Counted from the stretch's first letter, positions 9,969 through 20,274 are shown. The stretch: 64,000 nucleotides of DNA from a virus (IMGVR_UViG_3300048881_000780); one strand, 5' to 3'. Program-made: numbers and translations. Notes: a model not told the origin generated them from the sequence alone.

Positions 9969-11234
9969 ATGACTGTATCAGTTAATTGCTTTGAGTTATT
10001 ACGTGTAACTGTTGAGAATAGAGAACAAGATATACTCGAAAAGAGGGCCAGTTTTGAATACTATTGGGATGAAAAAGAAGTATATAATAAAATTTTGATG
10101 GATTATATTGACCATAAAGATAGTGAGATTTTTGAAAGGTTATCTTCTAGTTTATTATCTCGCTTTCTAAATAGTTACACTGATTTAATTATTAACGATT
10201 CTATAAAGACATTAAATCAAAATGTTACTCTATTAAAAGATAGAGGCTTTATTATTATTTCTGAAAATGAATCTGAAGAAGCGCTCTCTTTTATTAGTTC
10301 ACTTTCTATTCTACTTTATAGTTGGATAACTAGCTCCCTAAATAACGACAGATCGATTAAACAGGACTTCTCACCTATCAATAAGTTTATACATAAGGCC
10401 TTTGAGGAGAAGCCTATTTTGAACTTTCACTCTGATAAGAACACATATTCTATTGATCAAGTTAGTGGTGAATGCTTTTCTATGAATAGATCTAAGTTTT
10501 CATTCAATATACATAGTATTGGTATTAGTGGAGATAAAATCACCTTCAATACCAATAGACCAATGAAAATTATCCAAGATGACTATGTTAAAGTAACTAT
10601 TGATGAAATTAAGAAATTAATGGATCGCTATAATGATGAAATATTTGAAGGAAAATTAGTTTTTAACTTTCCAATTAAACTAGGTAAATCTTCTTCGTAT
10701 ATTGGTAAAGTTAGTACTCTAGATGGAAAGATTTCTAAACTGACAATGAATTCAGGTGCTAAACTTGGTAGTGTATTATTTAATTCTACTATAATTCATG
10801 AGTTAATTCATGTATGGCAAGTTCAAAATATGGACTATCATACACTAAAAGTTGTTGAAGGTTTTCATGGTAAAACTTTTCAGGAATGGTGTAAGAAAAT
10901 TGAATCTATGGGATATAATAACCCTGGTCTAACAGAAAGTGGATTAAAAGTTGATAAAGTTAAGAAATCCTATGTTATAGGCTTTTTATCTAATCACATA
11001 AATAAGGCCTGTTTCTTTAGTAAGGAGCCAAATCAAGAAACAAAAGAAAGAGCTCGAAGATTTCTATCTATCCCCGAAGAAGCTAAAGAATTTGAAGGTC
11101 AAATCACAACAAAGAATCTAAATAATGGAATTACAGTAAGACGAGTTGGCAAAGATGGTGAGTCTAAAATTAGGGCCACTGAAATAAGTAATCACTTAGT
11201 ATTTTCAGACATTAGGGATCAATTAGTTAATTAG
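9969..11234 (+). CDS. SprT-like zinc metalloprotease domain protein with long N-terminal extension
   Basis: TIIHELIHVWQ...FHGKTFQEW (HExxH...HG-x2-F). Confidence 0.75.
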   Translation: MTVSVNCFELLRVTVENREQDILEKRASFEYYWDEKEVYNKILMDYIDHKDSEIFERLSSSLLSRFLNSYTDLIINDSIKTLNQNVTLLKDRGFIIISENESEEALSFISSLSILLYSWITSSLNNDRSIKQDFSPINKFIHKAFEEKPILNFHSDKNTYSIDQVSGECFSMNRSKFSFNIHSIGISGDKITFNTNRPMKIIQDDYVKVTIDEIKKLMDRYNDEIFEGKLVFNFPIKLGKSSSYIGKVSTLDGKISKLTMNSGAKLGSVLFNSTIIHELIHVWQVQNMDYHTLKVVEGFHGKTFQEWCKKIESMGYNNPGLTESGLKVDKVKKSYVIGFLSNHINKACFFSKEPNQETKERARRFLSIPEEAKEFEGQITTKNLNNGITVRRVGKDGESKIRATEISNHLVFSDIRDQLVN

Positions 11235-11243
11235 GAGTCATAT

Positions 11244-11552
11244 ATGTACTTGATAAAGGTTGAATCAGGGCGTTTATACTTAAATAGACCTGGATCAGGT
11301 GACTTTTTAGATGTAAATAGAATTGTCTCAATGGAAAAATCAGTTGAATCATTAATGAGAGAATTCATTAGCTGGATCGAAGAATCTGATTTGAAAGTTG
11401 AGAAGTGTGAAATTCTGTCTGATCAAATTTGCATAGAATTAGGTACTCCGATACTTAGATTAAAGTGCACGATTCACAGAACAGATAAGAGTTACGATAG
11501 TGAAGTAGTTCTTAAGTATATTCAAGATAATTACGAGCAATTTAAGATCTAG
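11244..11552 (+). CDS. Hypothetical protein
   Basis: 102 aa; AGGAG RBS. Confidence 0.7.
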   Translation: MYLIKVESGRLYLNRPGSGDFLDVNRIVSMEKSVESLMREFISWIEESDLKVEKCEILSDQICIELGTPILRLKCTIHRTDKSYDSEVVLKYIQDNYEQFKI

Positions 11553-11607
11553 TTATATTTCCAATATCTTGTATTACAGTTATTTTAAAATTAAATAGTA
11601 GAAAATA

Positions 11608-11634
11608 ATAAGGCCCTCAAAAAGAGGGCCTTAT
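11608..11634. terminator. Hairpin between convergent genes
   Basis: ATAAGGCCCTC-aaaaa-GAGGGCCTTAT. Confidence 0.75.
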
Positions 11635-11656
11635 AAAAGATAGGTTATGATTGTTA

Positions 11657-12265
11657 TTAGTTCATAATAACTTCAATTGTAATTACATCTTGGTAAAGTC
11701 CTGAGAACTTTACTGCCTTGTCTGCCGCATCCATTACTGTTTGAAAAGATGCTACATAGTTTCTTCCTTCAACATATCCGTAACCAGAAGCAAGGTCACC
11801 TTGCGCTTGAATACTTGAAGATGTTTGAATTGGTGCTACTTTTGCTAAAGTAGAGCTCGCATCAACAATTCTTCTGTCTGCAACTAGTGATACGTCTGGC
11901 ATATCACTTCCAATTTCACCAGACTTCTCTTTAATGTCTAGTTGATAATCGATCATAGACTTTCTCTGAGACTCTAGGTCAACTTGTGAAGCGTAAGCTG
12001 TATGAACTAATGTTCCGTTAGCAGAGCTAAGTTGAATAGAGTGCGACTTAGCATTTGTTTTAATATTGATATCTAAAATATCTACTACACTATTGTCGTT
12101 TGCTAGTTGATCTTCAAGATCTTTCAACGCAGACTTATCTGTTGCAGTTACTTTTAAATATTGTCCTACTGTTAACTCTGGGTTTACTCCAGCTGATTCA
12201 GTTAGAATTGCTTGAGCTGGATTCATCATTGTTAATAGTGCTACTAGTGATAATACTTTTTTCAT
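11657..12265 (-). CDS. Secreted chaperone-usher-type (Csu/SCPU or CS1-like) pilin subunit
   Basis: Signal peptide (AQA); C-terminal SGLYQDVITIEV matches the G-x-Y-x-D-x-I-T terminal strand. Confidence 0.6.
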   Translation of the reverse strand: MKKVLSLVALLTMMNPAQAILTESAGVNPELTVGQYLKVTATDKSALKDLEDQLANDNSVVDILDINIKTNAKSHSIQLSSANGTLVHTAYASQVDLESQRKSMIDYQLDIKEKSGEIGSDMPDVSLVADRRIVDASSTLAKVAPIQTSSSIQAQGDLASGYGYVEGRNYVASFQTVMDAADKAVKFSGLYQDVITIEVIMN

Positions 12266-12297
12266 AGTTATATTCCTTATTCCTTATTTCTTTCTAA

Positions 12298-12969
12298 TTA
12301 AAGCAAAGTTGAAATTGTTACAGTTACAACTTGCTCAAATAAACCTTCAGCTAGATCTTCTTCAGATACTTGTTGAGGGATTAAAGAGAACTTGCGAACT
12401 TCTTCAAAGTTAGATCCGGCCTTTAAACCTGATGCATCTTCTAGTCTTACAATTTCTTGAGGACCTGAAGCAACTACTGAACAGTCATTTTCAACGATTT
12501 CATCTTCGATGTGACCAGTAGAAGATAGTAGTAAACCAGTCTTATCTGCCGCAGGAGCTAGAAATGATCCTGCACTCCAAAGACTTGACTCAACTCTAAC
12601 TGGGAATTGAGTTGCAGAACATCTTTGAGATGAAGCAACTACGTTCCCATCACCTACTGAAGAGTTATGTGAAGCTGATTGCTTCATCAGAAAGTCAGTG
12701 CTTGAAGCGACTTCTAATTTGTAACCTTCTGCTACATTACTTGAATATTTAACACAAAAATCAAAACTTGGTACACCAGAACCAGCGTCAGCAATCGCTG
12801 CCATTGATTTTTGAATTGAAGCTTGTGCGTGTGGCGCTGAGTGATCTGAACAATCAACTGCTGCCATTGTAACAGCGGCGTCAACACTTGTTCTTAATAC
12901 GATATCTTGCGAATCGGCGAATACCGAAGTCGTTGCAAGTAGTAATCCTAAAATTAAATGTTTTTTCAT
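12298..12969 (-). CDS. Secreted chaperone-usher-type pilin subunit (paralog)
   Basis: Signal peptide (VFA); YSSNVAEGYKL; C-terminal EGLFEQVVTVTIS; four Cys. Confidence 0.6.
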   Translation of the reverse strand: MKKHLILGLLLATTSVFADSQDIVLRTSVDAAVTMAAVDCSDHSAPHAQASIQKSMAAIADAGSGVPSFDFCVKYSSNVAEGYKLEVASSTDFLMKQSASHNSSVGDGNVVASSQRCSATQFPVRVESSLWSAGSFLAPAADKTGLLLSSTGHIEDEIVENDCSVVASGPQEIVRLEDASGLKAGSNFEEVRKFSLIPQQVSEEDLAEGLFEQVVTVTISTLL

Positions 12970-13071
12970 TTCATAACCTCTTTTGTTGAATAACATCCTT
13001 TCTTTGGCTCTATTATATGTTTTTTTAAAAAAAATTATAAAAAGAGTTTTAATTATGAAATTTGAGTAATT

Positions 13072-13710
13072 TTAATTGGTTAATTGACTAAAAGAACAAC
13101 ATCTTGAGAGAAAAGCGCTCGTTATTCCTAATCTACTGGATGACTCTTTTATAGGTTTATTTCGATAATCCCTAATTTTTGTAGATTTATTCCACTCATT
13201 TCTCCACTTTGTTAAGAGATTGAATAGAGATCTATTTAATAGTGATGAATTTCCGGCCTTAAGATCTACAATGAATTGGTACAAAGTTTGTCCTCTAAGG
13301 GTGTTATCAAGTAAATCTTCATTTTCACTAATCCACTTCTTGATTTTTTCATTATCTTGAAAGTTTCGATCATCAATTATTGAAGAGACAAGGGTCTTGA
13401 ACTCATCCTTTAGTATATCTCTCAGTTCAGAGATAGCACCGTTTAAAAGAATGTTTAAGGTTACTAATGATACAGGTAAGCTTCCAGTTGTAGAATTAAT
13501 GATTGAAACCAGTTCTGATTCAGACCAATTATTATCCAAGAAGGCTTTATGAATTTCACATTCTAAATTGTATATTGATAAAAGTGAGTTTTTAAAGGAG
13601 TTATAATCTTGTCCTTGCCATGATATCCATTGATTATTTTTCTTAAATTCAATATCTTTATCATTGATTTTTATTGCTTCAAAAGTTGAAGGTATAATTT
13701 CGTAAATCAA
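13072..13710 (-). CDS. Hypothetical protein
   Basis: 212 aa; AGGAG RBS before TTG. Confidence 0.7.
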   Translation of the reverse strand: MIYEIIPSTFEAIKINDKDIEFKKNNQWISWQGQDYNSFKNSLLSIYNLECEIHKAFLDNNWSESELVSIINSTTGSLPVSLVTLNILLNGAISELRDILKDEFKTLVSSIIDDRNFQDNEKIKKWISENEDLLDNTLRGQTLYQFIVDLKAGNSSLLNRSLFNLLTKWRNEWNKSTKIRDYRNKPIKESSSRLGITSAFLSRCCSFSQLTN

Positions 13711-13718
13711 ATTTTCTC

Positions 13719-15392
13719 CTAATAGAAATGTTCAGTGAACGAATCTTCATTTAACGGGATTGATTCTATTGTTTTTCGCGCGGCCTTACCTAGGTTTTGA
13801 ATGTCTCTTGTTAGTTCTAGGTTTGAGGCATACTCATTTACATAATTGAAGATTGAATCTTTCTTGTGGATTCTAATAAAGGCCCATCCTTCTTCACCAG
13901 TAAAAGTACACTCTTCATCCGTTTGAGTCTTTACTGACCAATCTAGTGTTCCTGTCTCTCTTGATTGAACCTTTACGCATCCTTCAAATAAAATAGAAAC
14001 TTCTTGAATTCCTAAGAAATGTCCCCAGTTTACAACTGATAATTGTTCCGTATCTTGTATCACTGAATAATTTTGATAAGAAAAGAAATCATACCATGTA
14101 TCAGTAATCCTTTGATCACCCCTAGCGATCTCTTCATTTGTAAAAAGTTTTGAATCTGCAAAATCAGGGTGGCAAATAGAATAATATCTACCTGTTAATG
14201 TTGCTTGTTCTCGTTGATTTGCTTCAAGAGTAGGAAAAAATTCTTTATTTCTAGCAATGTGACACTCGGGCTTCAAAGGAGTTAATAATTTCTTTCCACT
14301 TGTGTAACTATCATGACTTCTAAAATCTATAGCAAATCCGATATTCCAACTCTTTGATGCATCAATGTTCTCAACTAATAACTCTGTTTGATTAAGAGTG
14401 GCCTCTTCTCCAGATAGTGTAAACTTCAAATTAAAATGCTTTGAGCTATCAAGGATAACATCTTTCGAGAAGAAATTCTCACCCCTTCTGAAAACCTTTA
14501 GACCTGTAATTTTATAAAATTCTAAGTCAAAAATTTCTTGAACAAAAATACTTTGCGAAATTCTCGCAACAGGAATATCCCTAAAGTTAACTCTTAGATC
14601 ATAATTAAATCCTTCAATCTCATTGCCAGCATTAACTGTTGCCAATTTAAAATTTTGATTAGGGATGCCTTCTGTAGAGTAATAATTTTGCCATCTATTC
14701 TTAAGAGTAAAGTCTATAGTTTCTTGGTCAAGAATTGTATTTAATGAACTCTTTTTAGATTCTGGGTAGATCTTAAATTTAACCATATTTGTTTCGACTT
14801 TACCGCCAGGTCCAACTCCTTTGATACTTATAGAGTGAGATATATCTTCAATTGCAACACCATTGTTCTCACTAAAGAATGAGCCATTAAAAAATTGATC
14901 ATGTAGTGGTATATAACCTCTTCCGTCGTTAATAATAACACTCTTGGTGAACTCACCTTTTTGCCCCAAAATACGTCCACCTTGATCTAGTTTTTGGTAC
15001 GATAATTTATACTCGTAATCATTTTTTACATTAAATTGAACAAATACAATTGTATTTACTAACTCATAGTCTCTTTCAGATTCAAGAGCTGGGTTTACAG
15101 TAGGGTTTTTGAATAAGTAACCCAAGTAATCACTAGCTTCAGTAATTGAGTAGGGAATATTGAAATGTGGAATTGTTCCTAAGTTATGGCTATTGGCCTG
15201 CTCAGATGTCACAGTCACCCATCGATTATCATTTAAGTGAAAATATTTCGTGTCCTGAAAGCTTAAAACGCTTGAAGTCGTGTCGATATGAGTGAACCCA
15301 CAATCTTGTCCGGTACATTTATCTTCCTCTGTGGTTTCACCACAACCTACTAAAAAAACTGAAAAAAACAACAGCAATAAAGATAATTTCAT
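13719..15392 (-). CDS. Large beta-rich lipoprotein
   Basis: Lipobox LVGC; GAGGTG RBS supports ATG 15392. Confidence 0.8.
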   Translation of the reverse strand: MKLSLLLLFFSVFLVGCGETTEEDKCTGQDCGFTHIDTTSSVLSFQDTKYFHLNDNRWVTVTSEQANSHNLGTIPHFNIPYSITEASDYLGYLFKNPTVNPALESERDYELVNTIVFVQFNVKNDYEYKLSYQKLDQGGRILGQKGEFTKSVIINDGRGYIPLHDQFFNGSFFSENNGVAIEDISHSISIKGVGPGGKVETNMVKFKIYPESKKSSLNTILDQETIDFTLKNRWQNYYSTEGIPNQNFKLATVNAGNEIEGFNYDLRVNFRDIPVARISQSIFVQEIFDLEFYKITGLKVFRRGENFFSKDVILDSSKHFNLKFTLSGEEATLNQTELLVENIDASKSWNIGFAIDFRSHDSYTSGKKLLTPLKPECHIARNKEFFPTLEANQREQATLTGRYYSICHPDFADSKLFTNEEIARGDQRITDTWYDFFSYQNYSVIQDTEQLSVVNWGHFLGIQEVSILFEGCVKVQSRETGTLDWSVKTQTDEECTFTGEEGWAFIRIHKKDSIFNYVNEYASNLELTRDIQNLGKAARKTIESIPLNEDSFTEHFY

Positions 15393-15483
15393 TATTAACA
15401 CCTCATGTTATATATTTTAACATATTTACGACTAAGCTCCCGAAATTATTTTTCACTACGATAAATAAAACAAGGAGCATTTA

Positions 15484-16155
15484 ATGAAAAAAATATTATT
15501 ACTAATTACGCTTATAACTGCTTGGAATTCTGTTGCGAGCGATATATATCAATGTTCTCTCAAGAGTAAATCTAAGCAAATGATATATATCCAGGGAAAA
15601 AAGATCGGCTCTCACAATAAGAAGTACATAATCTCTGTTTTCGCTGAGATGATTGATTCTAACTATATTGAACTTGAGAAAAGATCTATTATTGCTGTTA
15701 ACTCTAGTGCGTGCGTAAATATTGAAAGCGTGGATTCTAGGGAGTGGATTGAAGTTGATGAAAACCTTAATCCTATTGCAGTGGATAGTAAGAAAAGTGA
15801 AAAGAAGAATGCTTCACAAGTAGGAACTACAAGCAAAAAGAAGGAAACTCAAATTTCTAATTGGGATGATATCAGAAAGGACTTTAATGTAGTTTCAAAG
15901 AAAACTAAAGAACAAGTAAAAAAGACTGTTGATGTAGTTAAAAGAAAAACTACTTCTAAAAAGGATCAAAATGTAGCTAAAGAAAAGAATGATGTAAAGA
16001 AGAGTAATAACGTAGGATCTATATCTCCTAAAAATAATAAGATTAAAAAAGTAACCAGTAGAGAGAAACAGAAAAACATACTAATTTTAATAGTTATATT
16101 TAGCTCTTTCTTGTTGCTTTTTTTGAATTATAAGAAGAAGAAGGAGAAGTTCTAA
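15484..16155 (+). CDS. Exported protein with Lys-rich stalk and C-terminal membrane anchor
   Basis: Signal peptide, C-terminal hydrophobic helix followed by KKKK; AAGGAG RBS. Confidence 0.75.
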   Translation: MKKILLLITLITAWNSVASDIYQCSLKSKSKQMIYIQGKKIGSHNKKYIISVFAEMIDSNYIELEKRSIIAVNSSACVNIESVDSREWIEVDENLNPIAVDSKKSEKKNASQVGTTSKKKETQISNWDDIRKDFNVVSKKTKEQVKKTVDVVKRKTTSKKDQNVAKEKNDVKKSNNVGSISPKNNKIKKVTSREKQKNILILIVIFSSFLLLFLNYKKKKEKF

Positions 16156-16667
16156 TGATCGATCATTACAAGTTAGAATCCCTTCTAATTAAAGACTACG
16201 AATCTAATAGAATAAGTCTTCTTGAAAGATCCGCTAAGGGGTTGGCCTCACTGTCATCAATGAGAGGAAAGTATAAAAATAAAGATATTTATCAAACCTT
16301 TTTTCAATATAATTGTCTTTTGAAAAGACGGGGGATTGAAGAAATATTTATGCAACAAGGTGTTAGTGCTAAAAACTATTATTGTGAAATAGCTAATTTC
16401 TACCTAAAGAATATTAGAGAACATGTATTAAGTGCTTATAAGAGTGGTCACTTAGAAATTGATAAAATATCAATTGTAAGAAATGTAAATGATTCATACT
16501 GCGCAAAGGTAGTGTTAACTGAAGAATATTATAATAGTAGCATAATAATGATGTTTCATGAGGAAGATATAACTAACTTTGAAGAATGCTTTATTGATTC
16601 CCTTCCTAGTGATCAAGACATCAATGAGATATTTAATATTACAGGATTAACTAATGTCAAAAAATGA
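16155..16667 (+). CDS. Hypothetical protein
   Basis: 170 aa; overlaps both neighbouring ORFs. Confidence 0.7.
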   Translation: MIDHYKLESLLIKDYESNRISLLERSAKGLASLSSMRGKYKNKDIYQTFFQYNCLLKRRGIEEIFMQQGVSAKNYYCEIANFYLKNIREHVLSAYKSGHLEIDKISIVRNVNDSYCAKVVLTEEYYNSSIIMMFHEEDITNFEECFIDSLPSDQDINEIFNITGLTNVKK

Positions 16668-17376
16668 AGAAAAAAAGAGTAAAGGTTTATTAAATATATT
16701 ATTCCATATTTATATTCCAACATATTTAAATGGAAAAATTTCTCTTTTAAATCGCCACTCGAGATTAATAAAGGATTGTAGCTCTTATGTTAGAGGTCGA
16801 ATTCTTGCTATCACAATGTTGTTTAATGGATATATCCTGGCATTCCTCTCTATTGGGTACTTAACGATAGAGGAGTTATTGAGGTCAATTTCTAATACTA
16901 ACTTTTCTGGATTTGATTCGGATAGCGCTATAACTGGAGGCCTCGATGTATCATTTCTTGAATACTATAAGCTTTTATATGGTCAAGATTTTGGACAATC
17001 ATTTTTACCTCTGTCTCCAAACTTGGAATTAAATCTAAATATCGGAAATATATACTTGTTTATTTTTCTAGTTATGTTCCCAATTCTAAACAGAACAATG
17101 GCCAAGCTTCACTACATAGTTGATAAGACTGGTGATGCAGAGGTACTACTTAGAAGAAGTGGATACATTAACGAAAATTCAGAAAGAAAATGCCTTCTTA
17201 CTAAAGTTGGACTCTACGTATACCTGGATAAAGGTGACGGTAAGGCCGTTAAAGAAAATAAAGACATTTGGATGATCTTAAATTTAAGGCCTGGTCAAGT
17301 AATATCAAACCCTGATGATATGAGGGAATTTATCATTACCTCAGGTTTTGAATTGCCAGATAGAATCATATATTAA
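16654..17376 (+). CDS. Membrane protein (2 TM helices)
   Basis: Two hydrophobic segments then a soluble C-terminal domain. Confidence 0.7.
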   Translation: MSKNEEKKSKGLLNILFHIYIPTYLNGKISLLNRHSRLIKDCSSYVRGRILAITMLFNGYILAFLSIGYLTIEELLRSISNTNFSGFDSDSAITGGLDVSFLEYYKLLYGQDFGQSFLPLSPNLELNLNIGNIYLFIFLVMFPILNRTMAKLHYIVDKTGDAEVLLRRSGYINENSERKCLLTKVGLYVYLDKGDGKAVKENKDIWMILNLRPGQVISNPDDMREFIITSGFELPDRIIY

Positions 17377-17418
17377 TTATTACGATATATTATTTATAAT
17401 ATATCAAAAGGAGCTAAT

Positions 17419-17853
17419 ATGAAATCTATCGCAATCTTAACACTATTTGTAATCAGTGGATATGCAAATGCAGATTTATCTACACTTTTAAAGAAAAAGA
17501 ATCCTTTTAAGTCTTTACTAATGTCTAGACACAAAATAAACCTCAATCGAAATATGGTTAAAAATAACAAATTATTAAACTCTAAAAGCACTGAACTTTT
17601 CAAGTGGCGTATGGCAAAACTATTTAATACTTCTGAATCTAATATTCAAAATATTTTAAATAAGAATAGTAAGGCCATAGTTAAACAAAATGAAATAGTT
17701 CCTCCTAAGTCAAGAGTTGCGTCTGTTAATAAAATTGACACTCATAAAGAAACAAAAAGAGAAAGCTCTCCTGCTAGTACATCTGTACCTGTTAAAAGCA
17801 GTATCTTTTCGAAAGAATCAGGGTTTAGGATCTTAAACAGACCAAAATATTAA
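17419..17853 (+). CDS. Secreted basic protein
   Basis: Signal peptide (ANA); AAGGAG RBS. Confidence 0.7.
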   Translation: MKSIAILTLFVISGYANADLSTLLKKKNPFKSLLMSRHKINLNRNMVKNNKLLNSKSTELFKWRMAKLFNTSESNIQNILNKNSKAIVKQNEIVPPKSRVASVNKIDTHKETKRESSPASTSVPVKSSIFSKESGFRILNRPKY

Positions 17854-17941
17854 TAGATCTCTAGCACTCTCTTTCCTGCTATAATCAAACTTAACACTAA
17901 ATGTTAAAGTTAAAGCGCCTTAGGGCAAAGTTGAGGTTAAA

Positions 17942-19285
17942 GTGGGTGAGCATACAAAAGAATATTTATCAAAAGAAGAAATCTTAGATATATTTAAAGA
18001 AATTAGTGAATATAACCATAAAAATATGGTTAAACTTTTTCAAAGTCCTTATATTCAAAGAGAAATAAAAGAATTAGCAGAGACGTTTAATAAAAATAGA
18101 AAAATTATGGGTGGTTACTTTAGAGGCATAGAAACTCGAAGAATCACGAATGAAACACTATTGTTTTTAGAAAATCTTCATAAATTCATAAAAAGTATCG
18201 AAAGAAAACAAGGCGAAAATACGAAATTAAAGAAAATTGAAGCGTTCTTTCATGAATACCCGGTTGCAGATGGTATATATGATCTCTTTAAAGAGTCGAT
18301 TAATAGAGATTTAGAGCAATTAAGTTTTTATAGTGACGAAAAGAAAGCTATTGAGTCAGCAATTGAGTCAAAGTTAACTAAGAAAACTCTAGCTCTTATT
18401 ATTGATACTGGTGCTTTTAATTCACGTCCTCTATCTAATGATTTATTAAGAAGGGCCAAAGTACTCAATGAAAACTATCACTTTGTATCTAATCCAAAAA
18501 AGGTTATTCATGTTACTAAAGCTCAATTAGTTGCAATCGACTCTAAAGTGAGTGGAATACAAACAAAATTATTTCTTATGAAAGAAAAAATTATTATGAC
18601 ACATATGAGACTAGTTGAAGATTGCGTTAAGAAGTTCAAAGACAGAGGTATAGATTTAGATGATATAAGACAAGAAGCTCTTATGGGAGTACTTAAGGCA
18701 TCTAAAAGATTTGACCATAGAATGAATTGGACCTTCTCTACTTATGCTACCCAATGGATAAACCAAAAAATATATGCGATATGTAGATCAACACTTATAG
18801 TAAATCACCCTGTCGATAGAACGAATAAAGCTAAAAAGCTAAACTTTGATATCGATGAATTCATCCAAAAGCACTCGAGAAAACCATCATTTGAAGAGAT
18901 TATGAAGCTCGTTAAATCTAAAGATGAGGCCATGGTAATGGAGATTCTTAATTTAACTCAAAAGGATGTCTCCCTACAGTATTCAAACACGGATTATACA
19001 GGCGAAAGAAATTCGTTAATGGCAACATTGTTTGATGACTCCGCAGATGAAGAGCTCGTTAATTATTACAAAGTTGTAATCAGGGATTCTCTAAATGAAT
19101 TGCCGGATATTGAAGCAAGGGCCCTTAAGCTTCTTTATGGGATTGAAACAGAGCAAGAATTATCTAGAAAGATGATTTGCGAAAAACTTGGTGTTTCAAA
19201 CGTTAATTTAAAAATTATTATCGAACAAGGACTAGAGAGAATTCGACAAAGAATTACCTCATTTGAAGAGATTAATAATGTTTAA
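17942..19285 (+). CDS. Divergent RpoD/RpoS-like sigma-70 family factor
   Basis: Region 2 THMRLV...RGIDLDDIRQEALMGVLKASKRFD...FSTYATQWINQKI; region 3 SRKPSFEEI; region 4 LNELPDIEARALKLLYGI. Confidence 0.9.
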   Translation: MGEHTKEYLSKEEILDIFKEISEYNHKNMVKLFQSPYIQREIKELAETFNKNRKIMGGYFRGIETRRITNETLLFLENLHKFIKSIERKQGENTKLKKIEAFFHEYPVADGIYDLFKESINRDLEQLSFYSDEKKAIESAIESKLTKKTLALIIDTGAFNSRPLSNDLLRRAKVLNENYHFVSNPKKVIHVTKAQLVAIDSKVSGIQTKLFLMKEKIIMTHMRLVEDCVKKFKDRGIDLDDIRQEALMGVLKASKRFDHRMNWTFSTYATQWINQKIYAICRSTLIVNHPVDRTNKAKKLNFDIDEFIQKHSRKPSFEEIMKLVKSKDEAMVMEILNLTQKDVSLQYSNTDYTGERNSLMATLFDDSADEELVNYYKVVIRDSLNELPDIEARALKLLYGIETEQELSRKMICEKLGVSNVNLKIIIEQGLERIRQRITSFEEINNV

Positions 19286-19326
19286 TTACGATAATGATTA
19301 ATAGAACTTAAAAAAAAGGATAACTC

Positions 19327-20274
19327 ATGGAAAAAAGATATACAATCTTCCCGTTAAAGAATGAAGATACTTACGAATTCTATAAAAAAGCTCGAGAAGT
19401 ATATTGGAACCCTGAGGAGATCGATCTTTCAAAGGATCTAGATGACTTTAAGAAACTTGATCAACAAGAGCAAGAATTTATATTAAAGATTTTAGCTTTC
19501 TTTGCTCCAAGTGATGGGTTAATTAATGAAAACTTATCTACAAGGTTTAAAAAAGATATTGAGGCCCTATCAAGAGAGGCGGTTGTTTTCTATAACTTCC
19601 AAGAGATGATTGAAGATATTCATAACGAAACTTATTCTCTAATGATTGAGGCCTATGTTGAGAATATTGAAGAAAGAGAAAAGCTATTTAACTCACTAGA
19701 GTTTTTTCCTCTGATTGCGAAAAAGGCAAAATGGATTCAAAAATGGATAGCATCACAAGATATATTTGAAAAAAGACTCCTCGCAATGGCATTGGTAGAG
19801 GGTGTTTTCTTTTCGGGCTCTTTTTGTGCAATTTACTGGTTCAAAGAAAGAGGTATCCTTCCAGGCTTAACTCAATCTAATGAACTAATTTCCAAAGATG
19901 AAACGCTACATTGGGAATTCGCCGCTCACCTATTTAATAAGTATCAAATGAAGTTAAAAATAAGTGAAGAAGAAGTCATTGAAATTGTAAAAGAAGCAGT
20001 GGCTATTGAAGCTGAATTCGTAAAAGATATCCTTCCTGTCGAAATGATTGGAATGAATAGTGATAAGATGATTCAATATATCGAACATGTTGCAGATATG
20101 GTTATTGGAGCTATGGGATATAAGCCCGTTTTTGATTCTTCATGTCCATTTATGTTTATGGAGAATATGGGACTCTCAAAGAAAGTCAATTTTTTCGAAA
20201 GACAAGGTTCAGAATACTCTAAAATGAACAATGTAAAATTTAACGGTGATATTGATTTAGATGATGATTTTTAA
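19327..20274 (+). CDS. nrdB: Class Ia ribonucleotide reductase beta subunit
   Basis: YWNPEEID, FFAPSDG, EDIHNETY, VEGVFFSGSF, DETLH, NFFERQGSEY. Confidence 0.98.
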   Translation: MEKRYTIFPLKNEDTYEFYKKAREVYWNPEEIDLSKDLDDFKKLDQQEQEFILKILAFFAPSDGLINENLSTRFKKDIEALSREAVVFYNFQEMIEDIHNETYSLMIEAYVENIEEREKLFNSLEFFPLIAKKAKWIQKWIASQDIFEKRLLAMALVEGVFFSGSFCAIYWFKERGILPGLTQSNELISKDETLHWEFAAHLFNKYQMKLKISEEEVIEIVKEAVAIEAEFVKDILPVEMIGMNSDKMIQYIEHVADMVIGAMGYKPVFDSSCPFMFMENMGLSKKVNFFERQGSEYSKMNNVKFNGDIDLDDDF

